Notes: a model not told the origin generated them from the letters alone. Numbered from the stretch's first letter, positions 1-11,353 are shown. The stretch is DNA of 64,000 nt from Polyangiales bacterium (GCA_035274465.1 DATEOF010000190.1:47967-111966); one strand, 5' to 3'. Made by a program: numbers and translations.

Positions 1-850
1 CCGGGACGTAATAGATGTTCAACCAGTACTCGCGCATGAGCGGCTTGTCGGTGAAATTGAAGTAGTGCATGTCCGACTGGATGGTCGCCTTGGCGACGAT
101 CTTGCGTCCGACGTCCGAGTACTCTGGCGCCACCGGGGTGCGCGGCATGTAAGACTTGGATGCGCCGGGAATGCTGCCGAGCGCCTTGGTCGGATCGCCG
201 CTGCAGGCCCCAAACCCGCCGCTCGCGATCGAGCCCGATTGGTACATGGTGCTGATGATGTGGTGCGTGCCGGCGCGGCCACTCAAGACGCTACCTTGGT
301 AGTAGATGTCCTTGTCGTTCGGCGTCTGAAACGTGAAGCACTGCGAGCTCTCGTCACCGGGCTGCATCAGAAACTTCGAGACGTCGGCCATACTGTCGTA
401 CTTCGCGGGCCCGACGTGGAGCTGCATGCCTTCAGCCTCGGCAGGCGCGCTGATGCACGCGTCATCGCTGGGGTAACCGCTGTTCAGCCCGCACTTGCCG
501 CGCAGATCGGGAAACGCCGCCCCCATGTCGGGTTTCTGCGGCTCGGCCGGCTTCTCCGCCGGCGGCTGCTGCTCCGGCGTCTTCGCAGCTGGCGGCTGCA
601 CGGCCGGCGGTGTTTGCATCGCGGGCGGCGTGTTCGCAGCCGGTGGCGTGGTGGGCATCGCCGCGGGCGTCATCGTCGGGATCGCAGGCGTGCTCGGCGG
701 AGTCGCAGCTGCCGGCGGCGGGTTCGCTGCGGCTGGATTTGCGGCGGGCGCACCGGCCGCTCCGATCATCTGCGAGGGCGGCGTCATCACCTCGGACCCG
801 CATCCGATCAAACACAATCCCACGAGCACGATCGACCTGTACGTAGTCAT
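1..850 (-). CDS. Lipoprotein with Pro/Ala/Thr-rich linker and PHM/DBH-like copper monooxygenase-type domain; partial, C-terminus lies beyond the window start
   Basis: Open minus-strand frame from the ATG at 850 to the window edge, with high GC3, which the ORF track missed. The N-terminus is MTTYRSIVLVGLCLIGCGS (lipobox). A PAxTP low-complexity linker follows, then a domain with the motif C-x(n)-GTHHIISTMY that matches the HH copper-site region of the two paralogs at 9782-11284 and 50327-52069. Confidence 0.5.
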   Translation of the reverse strand, partial: MTTYRSIVLVGLCLIGCGSEVMTPPSQMIGAAGAPAANPAAANPPPAAATPPSTPAIPTMTPAAMPTTPPAANTPPAMQTPPAVQPPAAKTPEQQPPAEKPAEPQKPDMGAAFPDLRGKCGLNSGYPSDDACISAPAEAEGMQLHVGPAKYDSMADVSKFLMQPGDESSQCFTFQTPNDKDIYYQGSVLSGRAGTHHIISTMYQSGSIASGGFGACSGDPTKALGSIPGASKSYMPRTPVAPEYSDVGRKIVAKATIQSDMHYFNFTDKPLMREYWLNIYYVP

Positions 851-1028
851 GCTGGCTCTCCGGCTGCCGGCACTGTACGCCGTACAGACGCGAGAGAGGA
901 GGTCGTCCAGCGGAATGCTCGCGCCACTCACCGCCTGAGACTCTCGGCTTGAGTCCACGGCGCCATCCATCGGCGCGAGCCGGCACAAAACTGCCCATTG
1001 CGTCCCCAGAGTGTGTACAACGCCGCGT

Positions 1029-1454
1029 TTAGACCGAGCCGCGCAACGCTTCGTGTTGTCGCAACTCCCGGTCGGCCGCTCGCATCTCTACGCCGAGCCT
1101 CAAGCATCGGTAGGCGCCCCAGGTGAACACCACCAGGAAGCCGAGAGCGAAGAAATTGAACGTGCCTATCGCGAACGCCCAACTCGTGCACCAGCCGAGC
1201 CACAGCGCGAAGCTCAGCGCGGTAGACGCCAGTGGAAGGCGCCGCGAGAGCATAGCCAGAGCGAAGAGGACGGCGGTGAACACGAACCCTGCGGGCAGGG
1301 CGCCCTCGGCGCTCGACGTGACGTACTCCCGCAACTGTGACTCGGACCAGCCCGCGTGCACCGTGCTGAGCCGGGCCATCGCTGCCTGTGGATCGCGGAG
1401 CGTGAAGAAGGACCAACTCGCCAGGATGAGCAGCATCCCCGACCGCGACGCCAT
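1029..1454 (-). CDS. Small hypothetical membrane protein
   Basis: ORF with three or four hydrophobic segments. The internal start at MASRSGMLLIL was chosen; there is no recognisable family. Confidence 0.3.
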   Translation of the reverse strand: MASRSGMLLILASWSFFTLRDPQAAMARLSTVHAGWSESQLREYVTSSAEGALPAGFVFTAVLFALAMLSRRLPLASTALSFALWLGWCTSWAFAIGTFNFFALGFLVVFTWGAYRCLRLGVEMRAADRELRQHEALRGSV

Positions 1455-1518
1455 CTGCTGGAACAGGCTCCTGGCTCGCAGCTCCTGAACCCGCGCTGCG
1501 CGCGTTGTCAGCTGGGCG

Positions 1519-2760
1519 TTGCAGCTGCTGCACGTGCGTTGCGGCGCCATCGTCGGGTGGCGGTGGTCGACGGCGCTGCTTACGATAGGGCTCATGCGAC
1601 GACACGCGCTCCTGATCGGCACCTGTTTGAGCCTCGCGTTACACGGCTATATCGCCTGGCGCTTGCTGCCGGCGCTCGAGCTGGGGCCGGCGACGTTCTC
1701 GCTCGCACTCTGCGCAGCCCTCGTGTCCGGCTTGTTGACGCCTGCACCGCTGCTGATTCGCCTCGCCCACCTGCCGGAGCGCGCCGCCGATGCGCTGGCG
1801 TGGGCCGGGTACCTCGCGATGGGCGTGTTTTCCAGCACGCTGGTGCTGTGCCTGTTACGCGACGTACTGCTGGTGTCGCTGACGTTCTGGAACCTGGTGC
1901 AGCCAGCGGCGGTCGACCTCGGCGCGCTTCGCCATGTGTCCGCACTGGCAGTGCTGGCGCTGAGCGGCGCGATGAGCGTGATCGGCGTGGTGAACGCGCG
2001 GAGGCTCGCGTCCGTGGTGAACGTCGAGGTGCCGATCGACGGACTGCCCAGCGCACTCGATGGCTTCACCATCGTCCAGCTCAGCGATATTCACGTCGGC
2101 CCCACGATCAAGCGCGGCTACCTGGATGCGATCGTCCAGCGCGTCAACAGCCTGAACGCCGACGTCGTGACGATCACGGGCGATCTGGTCGATGGCCATG
2201 TCGAGCGTCTACGCTCACACGTCGCGCCCCTCGGCGACTTGCGCTCGCGTCACGGCACCTATTGTGTGACAGGCAATCATGAGTACTACCACGGCGTCGA
2301 AGCCTGGGTGAACGAGTGGCGCCGCCTCGGGTTGCGCGTGCTGCTCAACGAGAACTCAGTCTTGGAGCACGATGGGGAATCCTTGCTGATCGGTGGCGTC
2401 ACTGACTTCGGCGCGCATCACTACGCTGCCGCGCACCGCAGTGATCCGATCGCGGCGGCGCACACCACGACGCCGGTTGCGCTGAAGATTCTGCTGGCAC
2501 ATCAACCACGCACGGCCGCCGTCGCGGCGGATGCGGGCTTCGATGTCCAGCTCTCCGGCCACACGCACGGCGGCCAGTTCCTACCGTGGAACTTCTTCGT
2601 CCCGCTGCAACAACCGTTCGTCTCCGGCTTGAAGCGTTTTCAGTCCCTCTGGGTCTACACGAGCCGTGGCACCGGCTACTGGGGACCACCGCTGCGTTTT
2701 CTCGCGCCTTCCGAGATCACGCGCCTGCTCCTCCGCACGGCCTCTCACAAGCTGGCGTAG
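1519..2760 (+). CDS. Membrane-anchored metallophosphoesterase (calcineurin-like phosphoesterase)
   Basis: N-terminal TM helices are followed by the motifs DIHVG, GDLVDGH and GNHEYY, which are typical of the metallophosphatase (MPP) superfamily. Confidence 0.8.
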   Translation: MQLLHVRCGAIVGWRWSTALLTIGLMRRHALLIGTCLSLALHGYIAWRLLPALELGPATFSLALCAALVSGLLTPAPLLIRLAHLPERAADALAWAGYLAMGVFSSTLVLCLLRDVLLVSLTFWNLVQPAAVDLGALRHVSALAVLALSGAMSVIGVVNARRLASVVNVEVPIDGLPSALDGFTIVQLSDIHVGPTIKRGYLDAIVQRVNSLNADVVTITGDLVDGHVERLRSHVAPLGDLRSRHGTYCVTGNHEYYHGVEAWVNEWRRLGLRVLLNENSVLEHDGESLLIGGVTDFGAHHYAAAHRSDPIAAAHTTTPVALKILLAHQPRTAAVAADAGFDVQLSGHTHGGQFLPWNFFVPLQQPFVSGLKRFQSLWVYTSRGTGYWGPPLRFLAPSEITRLLLRTASHKLA

Positions 2761-3572
2761 AGGCTGTCGATCAGCGCGCGGTTGCGTGGGTTCTGCCAGC
2801 GCGATCCCATGTCGTTCATCACGTAGCCGAAGCCGATGCCGGCTTCCGGATCGCAGAAGCCGAGCGAGCCGCCCGCGCCGAAGTGCCCGAACGCACCGGC
2901 GTTGGGTCCCAGCGGTCGCTCGGGTTGCGTCAGCTGGAACCCGAGGCCGAATCGCGAGGGGCGATCGAGGACGCGGTCGATGCCCTGCGCGTGTTCGCGC
3001 GTGGCGTCGTGCAGGAGTGAGGCCGGGAGTAGATCGCCTTCGATCAACCCCGCGTACACACGCGCCACACCGCAGGCGCTCGCGTGCAAGCCGAACGTGT
3101 TGACGTGATATCCGTGCGCCTCGCCGGGTTGCCACCACGGCTCTTGCTGTTCGAGCGCCCGGGCCATGCGCAGTGGATCGAGCCCGGCACCGGCCGGCAA
3201 TGGTTCGCGGATCGCCGGCAGACCCGCCCGATGCGCCAGGACGTGCCGGAGCGTGATGCCGCCCTTGCCCGCCGTGCCAAACTCGGGCCAGTAGCGCGCG
3301 ATCGCGGCGTCGAGCGCCAACTCTCCGCGCGTGACGGCATCGAGCACGATGAGGGTCGCGATGCCTTTGCCGACCGAAAACACGTCGACCAGCGTGTGTT
3401 GATGCCAGGCCCGCGTACGTGCGGGGTCGCAGTGTCCGCCCCACAGATTCACGACGAGCCGTCCAGCGACGTACACCGCAACGGCCGCGCCGATCTCTGC
3501 GTGCTGAGTGAAGTTCGAGCGAAACGCGTCGCGCACGCGAGCGAATCGCACATCGCAGGTACCCTCGATCAT
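2745..3572 (-). CDS. Serine hydrolase, beta-lactamase / esterase family
   Basis: Carries the S-x-x-K motif (FSVGKGIATL) and overall beta-lactamase-fold signatures (YAxG, HxxG). Confidence 0.75.
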   Translation of the reverse strand: MIEGTCDVRFARVRDAFRSNFTQHAEIGAAVAVYVAGRLVVNLWGGHCDPARTRAWHQHTLVDVFSVGKGIATLIVLDAVTRGELALDAAIARYWPEFGTAGKGGITLRHVLAHRAGLPAIREPLPAGAGLDPLRMARALEQQEPWWQPGEAHGYHVNTFGLHASACGVARVYAGLIEGDLLPASLLHDATREHAQGIDRVLDRPSRFGLGFQLTQPERPLGPNAGAFGHFGAGGSLGFCDPEAGIGFGYVMNDMGSRWQNPRNRALIDSLYASL

Positions 3573-3853
3573 CGGCTCCGGACTTCTAGAGCATACGGAG
3601 CCAGATTATACAAGCGCGTGAAACGGATCGTGCGAAACAGCGACAGCGCTTGGCCGTCATCCTGCTTGCAGGCTGCATGCAGCGTCAACGCGCTCCATCG
3701 TTGACCCACGGAAAATGCACGATGTAGTCGACGCCGTTGGGCGTGCTCGCACCGACCTTCGCCGCGGCGTTTGCAGCCAACCGGGTCGAACCGTTCGAGC
3801 AAACCGCTCCGATCGCGATCTGGCAGGGCGCTGCCGACAGTACCGTCCCCGAG

Positions 3854-6594
3854 CTACTTCTTCTCGGGCTTGCACAGCTTGAAGCACATGCCCCTGTACT
3901 CGATCGGCTTCCCATCGGTGTACTTGTCCATCAGGTACGCCTCGAGCTCTTTGCTGTACGGCTGTCGACCGCCGCACTGATAGCCGGCGGGACACGCGGG
4001 CAACTGCGCGCCACCGTCACATGGACCCCACGCCTGACCCGGCTTCCACTTGAGCGGATTGCCAGTCTCCCAGCCGTCGTAGATGCAATAGTTCAGCTCG
4101 AGACCCTGGTTGTTCGGCACGTTGTAACAAGTCGTGGGCACGGACTGGCCGTCGATCGGCAGCGGCGAGCAGCCCTCGGGCTGCACCGTGCCGTTCACCG
4201 GACACACCGCGTCGTCGATCAGCTGCGATGCGGGCGGAGTCTCGCACTTCGGCTTGCCCGACGCATCGAGCGCGCCGCCTTCGTTCGGATGGATGCGCGG
4301 ATCGAGATCGTTGCAGTCGAACGCACGCGCTGCGCCGAGGCTCTGATCGCGCGGATCGGTCCAGCCGTCGCCGTCCATGTCCGTCACGAAGCCATCGCAG
4401 TTGCGATCCGTCATCAGGTAGTACAAGTAACTATTCGGTCGACCGTCGTCGTTGAAGTAGCTGCAGAACTGCTCGGTGCGCGCGTAGCGACCGTCCCCGA
4501 TCTGCCGGTAGAGCCGCTGCAGCGGGCCGACCTCCTTCTCGATCGCGACGCCCGGGTGGACGGAGGGATCGCCGTCGTGACAGTCGCCGAAACGCTCCGG
4601 TGACTTGTCAGGATCCACGCCGAGTTGCTCCAGCGCGGCCCACTCTTGGCCCCAGGCGAAGTAGCCGTCGCCGTCGTAGTCCAACGCGTAGCCGTCGCAG
4701 TCCTCATCGATCCGGTTGCCGGCGACCTCCTGGCCGCCCGGGTGCGCCTCGGCGCTCGTCTCATCGCAGTCGCGCGGTTCGGCGTAGTACGTGAAGCCGT
4801 CGCCATCGGGATCTTCGACGCGCCCGTCGCAGTCCTCGTCGTACAAGTTGCCCGAGGTCTCTGCGGCGTCTTTGGTCGCGCAGCTCGCCGGGCAGAGCTT
4901 GTTGTTCCACAACCACGGATCCTGCACGTCGCGCCAGCTCACCTGCTCCTCGGGGGGAATCACCCCGTCGCAGTCGTAGTCGATGCCGCCGCACCCCAGC
5001 TCGAAGGCGTACGGATGCACCCTGGAGTCTTTGTCGTTGCAGTCGGCCTTGCCGAGCAGCGGGGGCACAGACTGGCCCTCTTCAGCCACGAAGTAGTGAT
5101 CCGCATCCTCGTCCGCGTAACGTGGCAAGCCTTCGAGGGCGCTCTCGTCGAGCGTGATCGCGACCTGCGCGCACAGCAGCTGACAGTCAGACGCAGGCTC
5201 GAAGGTCTGGTTGAGCATGACTTGCGAGCCGAGCTTCTCCTTGAACGACTGGAGGTTCACCGGCTCGGTCACGTACATATACGTGCCCCCTGCCAGCATC
5301 GACCCGGACGTCTTCTGCTTCTGCTCGACCTGCAGCTGAACGACCACGCGAACGTCGCTACTCGCAGAGGTGACGCCGCACAGCGCTTCGGGGTGCCCCT
5401 GGTCGTCGTGCAAGTACAGCGCTTGTCCCTCGCTCCACATCACGCTGGCCGAACACTCCTCGCCCTTGCATTGCATGACGTGGATGTCCTGCGTGTTGGC
5501 CGCGTATTCCGCGGGCAGCTGCACATCGAGCGTGACGTTCAGACAGCCCACACTGCCAGGCTTGTAGATGTCCCACTCGATGCCGGCAGCCCAGGTGGAG
5601 AAGTGAGAGACCACGCCCGCGCATACCTTGCGCGCGCCGGCGCCGCTACCTTCCACAGCCACGCTGCACGAGCTCTCCTGCAGCCACAGGCCGGCGGTTT
5701 CGTCCAGCGCCCACAGGGCGATGCTGTCGCCCTTCGCGACCGGCGCATCCGTAGGCAAGTCGATCGAAAGCATCGCCGTCGAACCGGGGCCGAGCTGCAG
5801 CTTCGTACCCTGGGCATCCGCGAACTCGGCGTGCACGCCGCCCAGCCAGCGCTCGACCAGCGTCGGTTCACCCGAAGCGTTGCGCGCCTGTCGATCTCCC
5901 GGCCAGGCGCGATCAGCCAGCGCGCTCGGCGCGAAGCTGGTAATACGTGCGGCGATCTCGCCCTGGATGCGCTTGCGGTCCGAACCCACGAAAGCGCGGG
6001 CGGGCAGCATCAGGCCGACGTTGCCCGCTTGCAGCGTCGTACGAGACGCGGCGTCGAACTTCTGGGCCTTGGCCTGCTCGACCAACTCGATGCTCCGCTC
6101 GCGCAAACCCGCGTTGGCGATCGAGAGCTGGCGCACGACGGGCACATAGCCGTCAGCCGAGATCCGAATCGAGGACAGTGCGTCCGCCGGAAGTTTCGTG
6201 AACCCACCGCGACCTTCGACGTCGGTCTTCAGCGCCCGCGTGCCCACACGCAGCGTCGCGCCTTCGATCGGTTCGCCGTCTCCGTTGACGATCCGGACGT
6301 GCGCAGTGAAGTCCTGGGCGCCGCTGGAATTGATCGAGCTCCCCGCGATGCCGGGACTCCAGCTATCGGTGCTCGCGCAACCGCCAGTGCCGTTCGACAC
6401 CAGACCGTCGTCACAAGCACACACCGCTTTCTTGTCGACGACCTCACAGCTGCTCTTCCCAGTCTGCTTGCATGGGTTCGGGTCGCACGGGTCTCTGTCG
6501 GACTCCATCTCTGCGCCGGGTGCACAACCCGCAGCGCCGACGACCCAGATCGAACTCACGAGACCAAGCAAGACACCCGTGCGCAATTTCATCC
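3854..6594 (-). CDS. Large secreted lipoprotein with a carboxypeptidase-regulatory-like domain and thrombospondin type-3 (Ca-binding DxDxDG) repeats
   Basis: The internal start at MKLRTGVLLGLVSSIWVVGAAGC is a lipoprotein signal. The protein has an HVRIVNGDGEPIEGATLRVG segment and multiple D-x-D-x-DG-x-x-D-x-x-D motifs (DEDCDGRVEDPDGDGF, DEDCDGYALDYDGDGYF, DMDGDGWTDPRD). Confidence 0.75.
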
Positions 6595-6740
6595 AATCGA
6601 TACTACTGCCGCCGATCGCCGCGCGAGAAGTCGTAGGCGAGCAGCCCGCTTCGCCCACAGGTATGGAAGCTTGCCGCTCCCAGCTGCAGCGCACGACGGG
6701 TCGCTCGAGCGATCTGACACAATCGGCCAGTACGTTTTGT

Positions 6741-7352
6741 CTACTCCTGACGCACCAGAATGAAGTAGTGCCCGAGCGCCTTCTCGCCCTTGTAGGCGGC
6801 ACCGATCGACACGTGATGTGAGACGCGGCGCATGAAGTCGCGCGTGCCGTAGAACACGAAGCGCTGCAGGCCGTGCGAGTTCGGCACCAGCTTCGGCCAT
6901 TGCGCGGGCATCTCGCCCTCGGGTGTCAGAACGTAGTCCACGACCACCGCCCCGCGCTCAATCCAACTCGGCTCCTCGCGCGTGGAGCGGGCGACGAAGT
7001 ACCCCGGGCCGATCCAGCGGTTGGGCAGCGACTCGTTGTAGCCGAACAGGCGCGCGCTGCCGTCGCGCGGCCGGACGAAGCGTTTCTCGAACAACTTGAG
7101 CGCGGGCGGCAACGGCAGCGTGTTGCGGCCCATGTGGTGCACCGGCTGCATGTCAGGGACTTCGCGCGGCACGAAGTGCTCGAGCGTGAGCGGTGCGGCA
7201 GCGGCCGCCCGCCGGTACAACTCGCGCTGTGCGGCGCGGTCGAGCGAATGCGCAGCCTCGAGCCGCTGCGGCGCCCCGGCGCGGTCGAGAAACTCGGCGA
7301 TCTCGGCGATCCCGGCCTGCTCGCTGGCGAGCAACTCTCGTAGCGTGGTCAT
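6741..7352 (-). CDS. Hypothetical protein
   Basis: 203-aa ORF with coding-like composition, lying downstream of and co-directional with the MFS gene. I recognise no family. Confidence 0.45.
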   Translation of the reverse strand: MTTLRELLASEQAGIAEIAEFLDRAGAPQRLEAAHSLDRAAQRELYRRAAAAAPLTLEHFVPREVPDMQPVHHMGRNTLPLPPALKLFEKRFVRPRDGSARLFGYNESLPNRWIGPGYFVARSTREEPSWIERGAVVVDYVLTPEGEMPAQWPKLVPNSHGLQRFVFYGTRDFMRRVSHHVSIGAAYKGEKALGHYFILVRQE

Positions 7353-7373
7353 GTTGGAGTTTCCTCCCCGCGG

Positions 7374-8564
7374 CTAGCGAGCTGCGAATAGTACGCCAAT
7401 CGCGGCAAGCGCGGCAAAACACGCGCCGCCCAGGAACGTGGCCGGCGCCCCGAAGCTACTCCAGAGCACCCCCGCCACGACGCTCGCCAGCAGCAGCGCG
7501 ACGCCACTCGCCAGGTTGAACAGCCCGAAGCCCGTGCCCACCAGCGGCGCGGGGGCGCTGTTTGCGACCAGCTTCGACAGCAGCCCCTGTGTGAACGCCA
7601 TGTGCAGCCCCCAGAGCGCGGCCCCGGCGAACGCGAGCGCCGGCGAACCGGCGTAGGCCAGCAAGACGTCGGCGGCGATCAACAGCAACAACCCGAAACA
7701 CAACATGCCGCGGGCGCTCAGCCGGTCGGCAGCGGCCCCCGCCGGATAGGCGGCCCCGGCATAGAAGAGGTTCATGACGATCATCACGAGCGGCACGAAC
7801 CGGAGCTCGAGCCCGACGTCCTGGGCGCGCAAGACCAGGAACGCTTCACTGAAGCGCGCCAGCGTGAAGACCGCGCCCAGCGCCACGACCAGCCAGTACC
7901 GCTTGGGCAGGAGCTTGGCGTCGGACAGGCTGAGGCGCTTCGCCGCCCGACTCGTCGCCTGCTCCGGCTCCCGGACGAAGACGACCAGCAAGGTCACCGC
8001 GATGAAGGCCGGCACCGAGGCAAACCACATGACAGTCCTGATCTCGTCAGCGAACGCGATCATGAGCGCCACGGCCAGCAGCGGGCCGATCCACGCCCCC
8101 ACCGAATCGAGCGCCTGCCGCAATCCATAGGCCGCACCCCGGACCTCGGGCAGCGTCAGATCGGCGACCAACGCGTCGCGCGGCGCACCGCGGATGCCTT
8201 TACCGACGCGATCGATGAAGCGGGCCGCAAACACCTGGTCGACCGCGGTGGCCAGCGCGAAGACCGGCTTGGTGAACGCCGCGAGCGCGTATCCGAACAC
8301 CATCAGCGGCTTGCGCTTGCCGAAGTAGTCGCTGACCGCGCCGGAGAAGACCTTGGTGATGGCGGCGGTCGCCTCCGCTACCCCCTCGAAGATACCCACT
8401 GTCACCATCGAGGCGCCCAGGACAGTGACCATGAAGATTGGCAGCAGGCTGTGGATCAGCTCCGAGGACATGTCCATGAACAGCGAGCCGAACCCCATCG
8501 CCCAGACGCCCGCCGGCAGCGACCGCAGCGGAGAGGAGCGACTCGTCGTGGGCACAGATGTCAT
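7374..8564 (-). CDS. MFS transporter
   Basis: Twelve predicted TM segments and MFS-type loops (GxxxDRxGRR-like, DYFGKRKPLMV). The start at MTSVPTTS was chosen. Confidence 0.8.
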   Translation of the reverse strand: MTSVPTTSRSSPLRSLPAGVWAMGFGSLFMDMSSELIHSLLPIFMVTVLGASMVTVGIFEGVAEATAAITKVFSGAVSDYFGKRKPLMVFGYALAAFTKPVFALATAVDQVFAARFIDRVGKGIRGAPRDALVADLTLPEVRGAAYGLRQALDSVGAWIGPLLAVALMIAFADEIRTVMWFASVPAFIAVTLLVVFVREPEQATSRAAKRLSLSDAKLLPKRYWLVVALGAVFTLARFSEAFLVLRAQDVGLELRFVPLVMIVMNLFYAGAAYPAGAAADRLSARGMLCFGLLLLIAADVLLAYAGSPALAFAGAALWGLHMAFTQGLLSKLVANSAPAPLVGTGFGLFNLASGVALLLASVVAGVLWSSFGAPATFLGGACFAALAAIGVLFAAR

Positions 8565-8861
8565 GGTTCCGAACCGCGGGCACTCTACTACGCGCGGCGA
8601 CGGACCGGGTACTTCGGCGGCGTGATCTGGTAGCGCAGTCGCGCACCACATCGACTGGCGTGTGGCATCGCGCCTCTCCGAAAGGCCCACGCCTCAGGGC
8701 GCGGCCCTTCCGATGATTATCGGTCGGCGCTTCGCGGCGGCTCCGAATTCGCTTCGCGCGCGAAGTCCGCTCTTGCGTGCGAGGCAGAGTTCGCACGATA
8801 GTCGCTGCATCTTTCGCGCTTAGTCTTACTCCAGTCACGTGAGCAGTGATGCTGGTTCGCC

Positions 8862-9353
8862 ATGAGCGGGCATGACGTTGCAGTTCTGTATCGCGCCTAT
8901 GGCTACGCAGTCTTCAGGCGTTGTCTCGCCTTCCTGGCAGACGTGGACGCCGCGCGCGCGGTGACGGAACAGACGTTCGTGCACGCGCTGCGCAACTCGT
9001 GCAGCTTCCATGCGTTCGCGGATCCGCAAGTTTGGCTGTGCCGGGCCGCAGACGAGCGCTGCGTGCATATCTTGCAGGCCAACATGCGCGACGCCATCCC
9101 GAGACCCGAGGTCAACCTGCGGCAGCTCCGAGCCTACGTGGCGCACGACGATCAGGAACGTCTGATCCAGGTGCTGTCGTGGCTGCGCACGACCCCGCCG
9201 AGCGACATGCGCTTCGCCGTGCTGTTCTGCCTGGACGAGCTCAGCGAGGAAGAGCTCGCCGCCGAGCTCGGCCTGTCGCCTCGAGCAGTGGCAAAGCGTA
9301 CGGCCCAGCTGCTGCGAAGCGCGCCGCTTCGGGACCAGGAGGCGAGCGCATGA
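8862..9353 (+). CDS. ECF-type RNA polymerase sigma-70 family factor
   Basis: Has sigma-70 region 2 and region 4 features. The C-terminus (LSEEELAAELGLSPRAVAKR) is an HTH. The stop codon overlaps the start of the next gene (ATGA). Confidence 0.7.
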   Translation: MSGHDVAVLYRAYGYAVFRRCLAFLADVDAARAVTEQTFVHALRNSCSFHAFADPQVWLCRAADERCVHILQANMRDAIPRPEVNLRQLRAYVAHDDQERLIQVLSWLRTTPPSDMRFAVLFCLDELSEEELAAELGLSPRAVAKRTAQLLRSAPLRDQEASA

Positions 9354-9778
9354 CCAGCAGCCACCTCGCCCGCTTTCAGCTCGAGCGACTCGCCGCAGAC
9401 CACGTGCAGACGCCCGTCGAGCCCAGCCTTCGCGTGCACCTGCGAGGCTGCGATTTCTGCCGGACCCGCCTGCGGGCTTTGACCGCAGCAAAGACGCGCT
9501 TTCTGGATACGCATCCCGCCGTGATCTTCCGGCGCGACGTGCTGACCCAGGTCGCACGACTCGGCCCCGAACGGAAGCTCGCATGGTGGCTCACGCCGCA
9601 TTTCGCGCGCACGATCGTCGGCGCACTGGCGATCGCCGCGGCGATCGGCACCTGGTTCGCGCACGACGCGGCGGCGAGCTGGTCGCGGGCGCATCGAGAT
9701 GCAGCACCAGACGCTGAACATCAGGTCGATCAGCGTCTGGTGTCACAAGCGCGCGACTGGCACGGGACAGAACGCTGA
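9351..9778 (+). CDS. Anti-sigma factor, zinc-binding (ZAS, HxxxCxxC) with C-terminal TM segment
   Basis: Translationally coupled to the sigma gene. Carries the ZAS-type motif HLRGCDFC and one TM helix (IVGALAIAAAIGTWF). Confidence 0.6.
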
Positions 9779-9781
9779 CGC

Positions 9782-11284
9782 TCAGTTCGGGTTCGTGTTC
9801 GGGTACAACACCCCGATCGCGCCCACGCACATTTCGTCCAGCGTGTCTTCTCCCAGCTTCACTTCGACTGGAGCGTTCATGTCGCGTTCGTGCAGCGCCT
9901 GGGCGACGAAGCGGTTCTGCATCGTGTTGTCGTACAGGCAGTGCAGCTTGAGCTTGTCACCGTTCTTGATCGTCGGCAGCTCCGCGTACTGCGCGTCGTA
10001 CGCATAGCCACGTTGCCAGTTGAAGTTCCACTTGGGCGTCTGGATCAGACACTCTTCGCGATCGGCGTCACTCGTCGTGTCGGTGTGCTCCAGCCGAACT
10101 TGCATGTCGCGGCCGACGTAGTGCATGTGCGTGCCGGCTGCGTACACCTTGAGCTGGAAGCCCGGTGGGAGCTTGAAGGTCCAGCTCATGTCCTCGACGT
10201 GATCGGTGACATCGGGCGGGATGACGAACTCGGCCTGGACTTCGCCGGGTTGGCGGACCAACTCCGAGACGCCTTCAGGGTACTCTTCGCGCTCTTTCTG
10301 GGCGTTGCCGACCAGGATGATCTGATTGATCAGCTCGGGGCGCTCATCGGTCAGCATCAGCGAGAGCTTGGTGTCCGCGTCGGTCTCGGACTGGCCCGTG
10401 GGATGGTAGTGGACGTCGAGCAGCACCAGCGCGTCTTTGTCCACGAGCTGAGCGCTGCCCGGCGGCGAGATGTTGGGCATGGCACCGGGTGCCCAGGCGT
10501 CGAGCATCGTGGTCGTCAGGCCGTTGAGACCCGGTCCGCCGAAGCAATCGTAGCGATCGCCCGCGCCGATGCCCTTGCGCTCGCGGAGCACCGCTTCGAG
10601 CTGCGACTTGTCGCGCGGGGCGCCTTCGGCCGTCTTGCCCGGCTCGATCACGTAGGTCACGACGTGATGCAGTACCTTCGCGTTGCCCGCGGTGATCGTG
10701 CGCCCCACCACGTAGCTGTCTTTCTCGAGCCCGGGGTCCACGACCACACAGGTGTGGATGTCTCGGGCACCGCTCACGACGATCGGTTCCGGCAGTCGCA
10801 TGATCACGTCTTCGCGCTCGAGCCGCGGAATCGGGCGCGCCGGGAGATGTGGCGCGTGCGTGGCCTCCGCCCGCGGCATCTCCGGAGCACCGGCGCGGGC
10901 CCAGCGCCGGAGCAAGCTCTTCTGATGATCGCTCAGACGCAGGTCGTCGTACCACGGCCTGCGAGGCTTACAGGCGTCCGTTTCCTGGGCGAGAAACGGC
11001 GGCATCAGGTCTTGCTCGACCGCATCCGCCATCGCACTCGCCCAGCCCTTCACCGTGGCGTACTCCTGCATCGAGAACGGCGCGATACCGCCGTCTTGAT
11101 GGCATTGCGTACACTTCTCGTGAACGATCGGCGCTATATCGGCCTGCCAGCTGACTTGCGGGCGATCCGTGGTGGCTGACTGATCGCCACTATCTTCAGT
11201 GTTGGAGCAGCCCAACAGCAGCACGCCGGCTGCGATAGCGAGCCTCAGGAAACCGCGAGGATTGTTTCGAGCTCGATGGAACAT
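9782..11284 (-). CDS. Lipoprotein: c-type haem motif (CTQCH) fused to a copper type II ascorbate-dependent monooxygenase-like (PHM/DBH-like) domain
   Basis: Lipoprotein signal MFHRARNNPRGFLRLAIAAGVLLLGC. CxxCH at CTQCHQDGG. CuH-like HH (KVLHHVVTYV) and HYHP. CuM-like HMH (GTHMHYVGRD) with a downstream Met (DEMCVG). Convergent with the sigma/anti-sigma pair. Confidence 0.65.
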   Translation of the reverse strand: MFHRARNNPRGFLRLAIAAGVLLLGCSNTEDSGDQSATTDRPQVSWQADIAPIVHEKCTQCHQDGGIAPFSMQEYATVKGWASAMADAVEQDLMPPFLAQETDACKPRRPWYDDLRLSDHQKSLLRRWARAGAPEMPRAEATHAPHLPARPIPRLEREDVIMRLPEPIVVSGARDIHTCVVVDPGLEKDSYVVGRTITAGNAKVLHHVVTYVIEPGKTAEGAPRDKSQLEAVLRERKGIGAGDRYDCFGGPGLNGLTTTMLDAWAPGAMPNISPPGSAQLVDKDALVLLDVHYHPTGQSETDADTKLSLMLTDERPELINQIILVGNAQKEREEYPEGVSELVRQPGEVQAEFVIPPDVTDHVEDMSWTFKLPPGFQLKVYAAGTHMHYVGRDMQVRLEHTDTTSDADREECLIQTPKWNFNWQRGYAYDAQYAELPTIKNGDKLKLHCLYDNTMQNRFVAQALHERDMNAPVEVKLGEDTLDEMCVGAIGVLYPNTNPN

Positions 11285-11353
11285 GTTCACCCCAGGAGTG
11301 CGATGCCTCGCTTGGAACTTCGAGGCAATGATCCACATCACAAGAGTCCGAAC

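Noticed and set aside
65-952. 295-aa plus-strand ORF, and several other Arg/Ala-rich ORFs in the first 1 kb
   Set aside because: They are antisense to a better minus-strand coding frame (the lipoprotein at 1-850). Their Arg-rich low-complexity translation is typical of wrong-frame ORFs in 70% GC DNA.
4625-6763. 712-aa plus-strand ORF
   Set aside because: It is fully antisense to the large TSP3-repeat lipoprotein gene. Its translation is low-complexity and it has no family signal.
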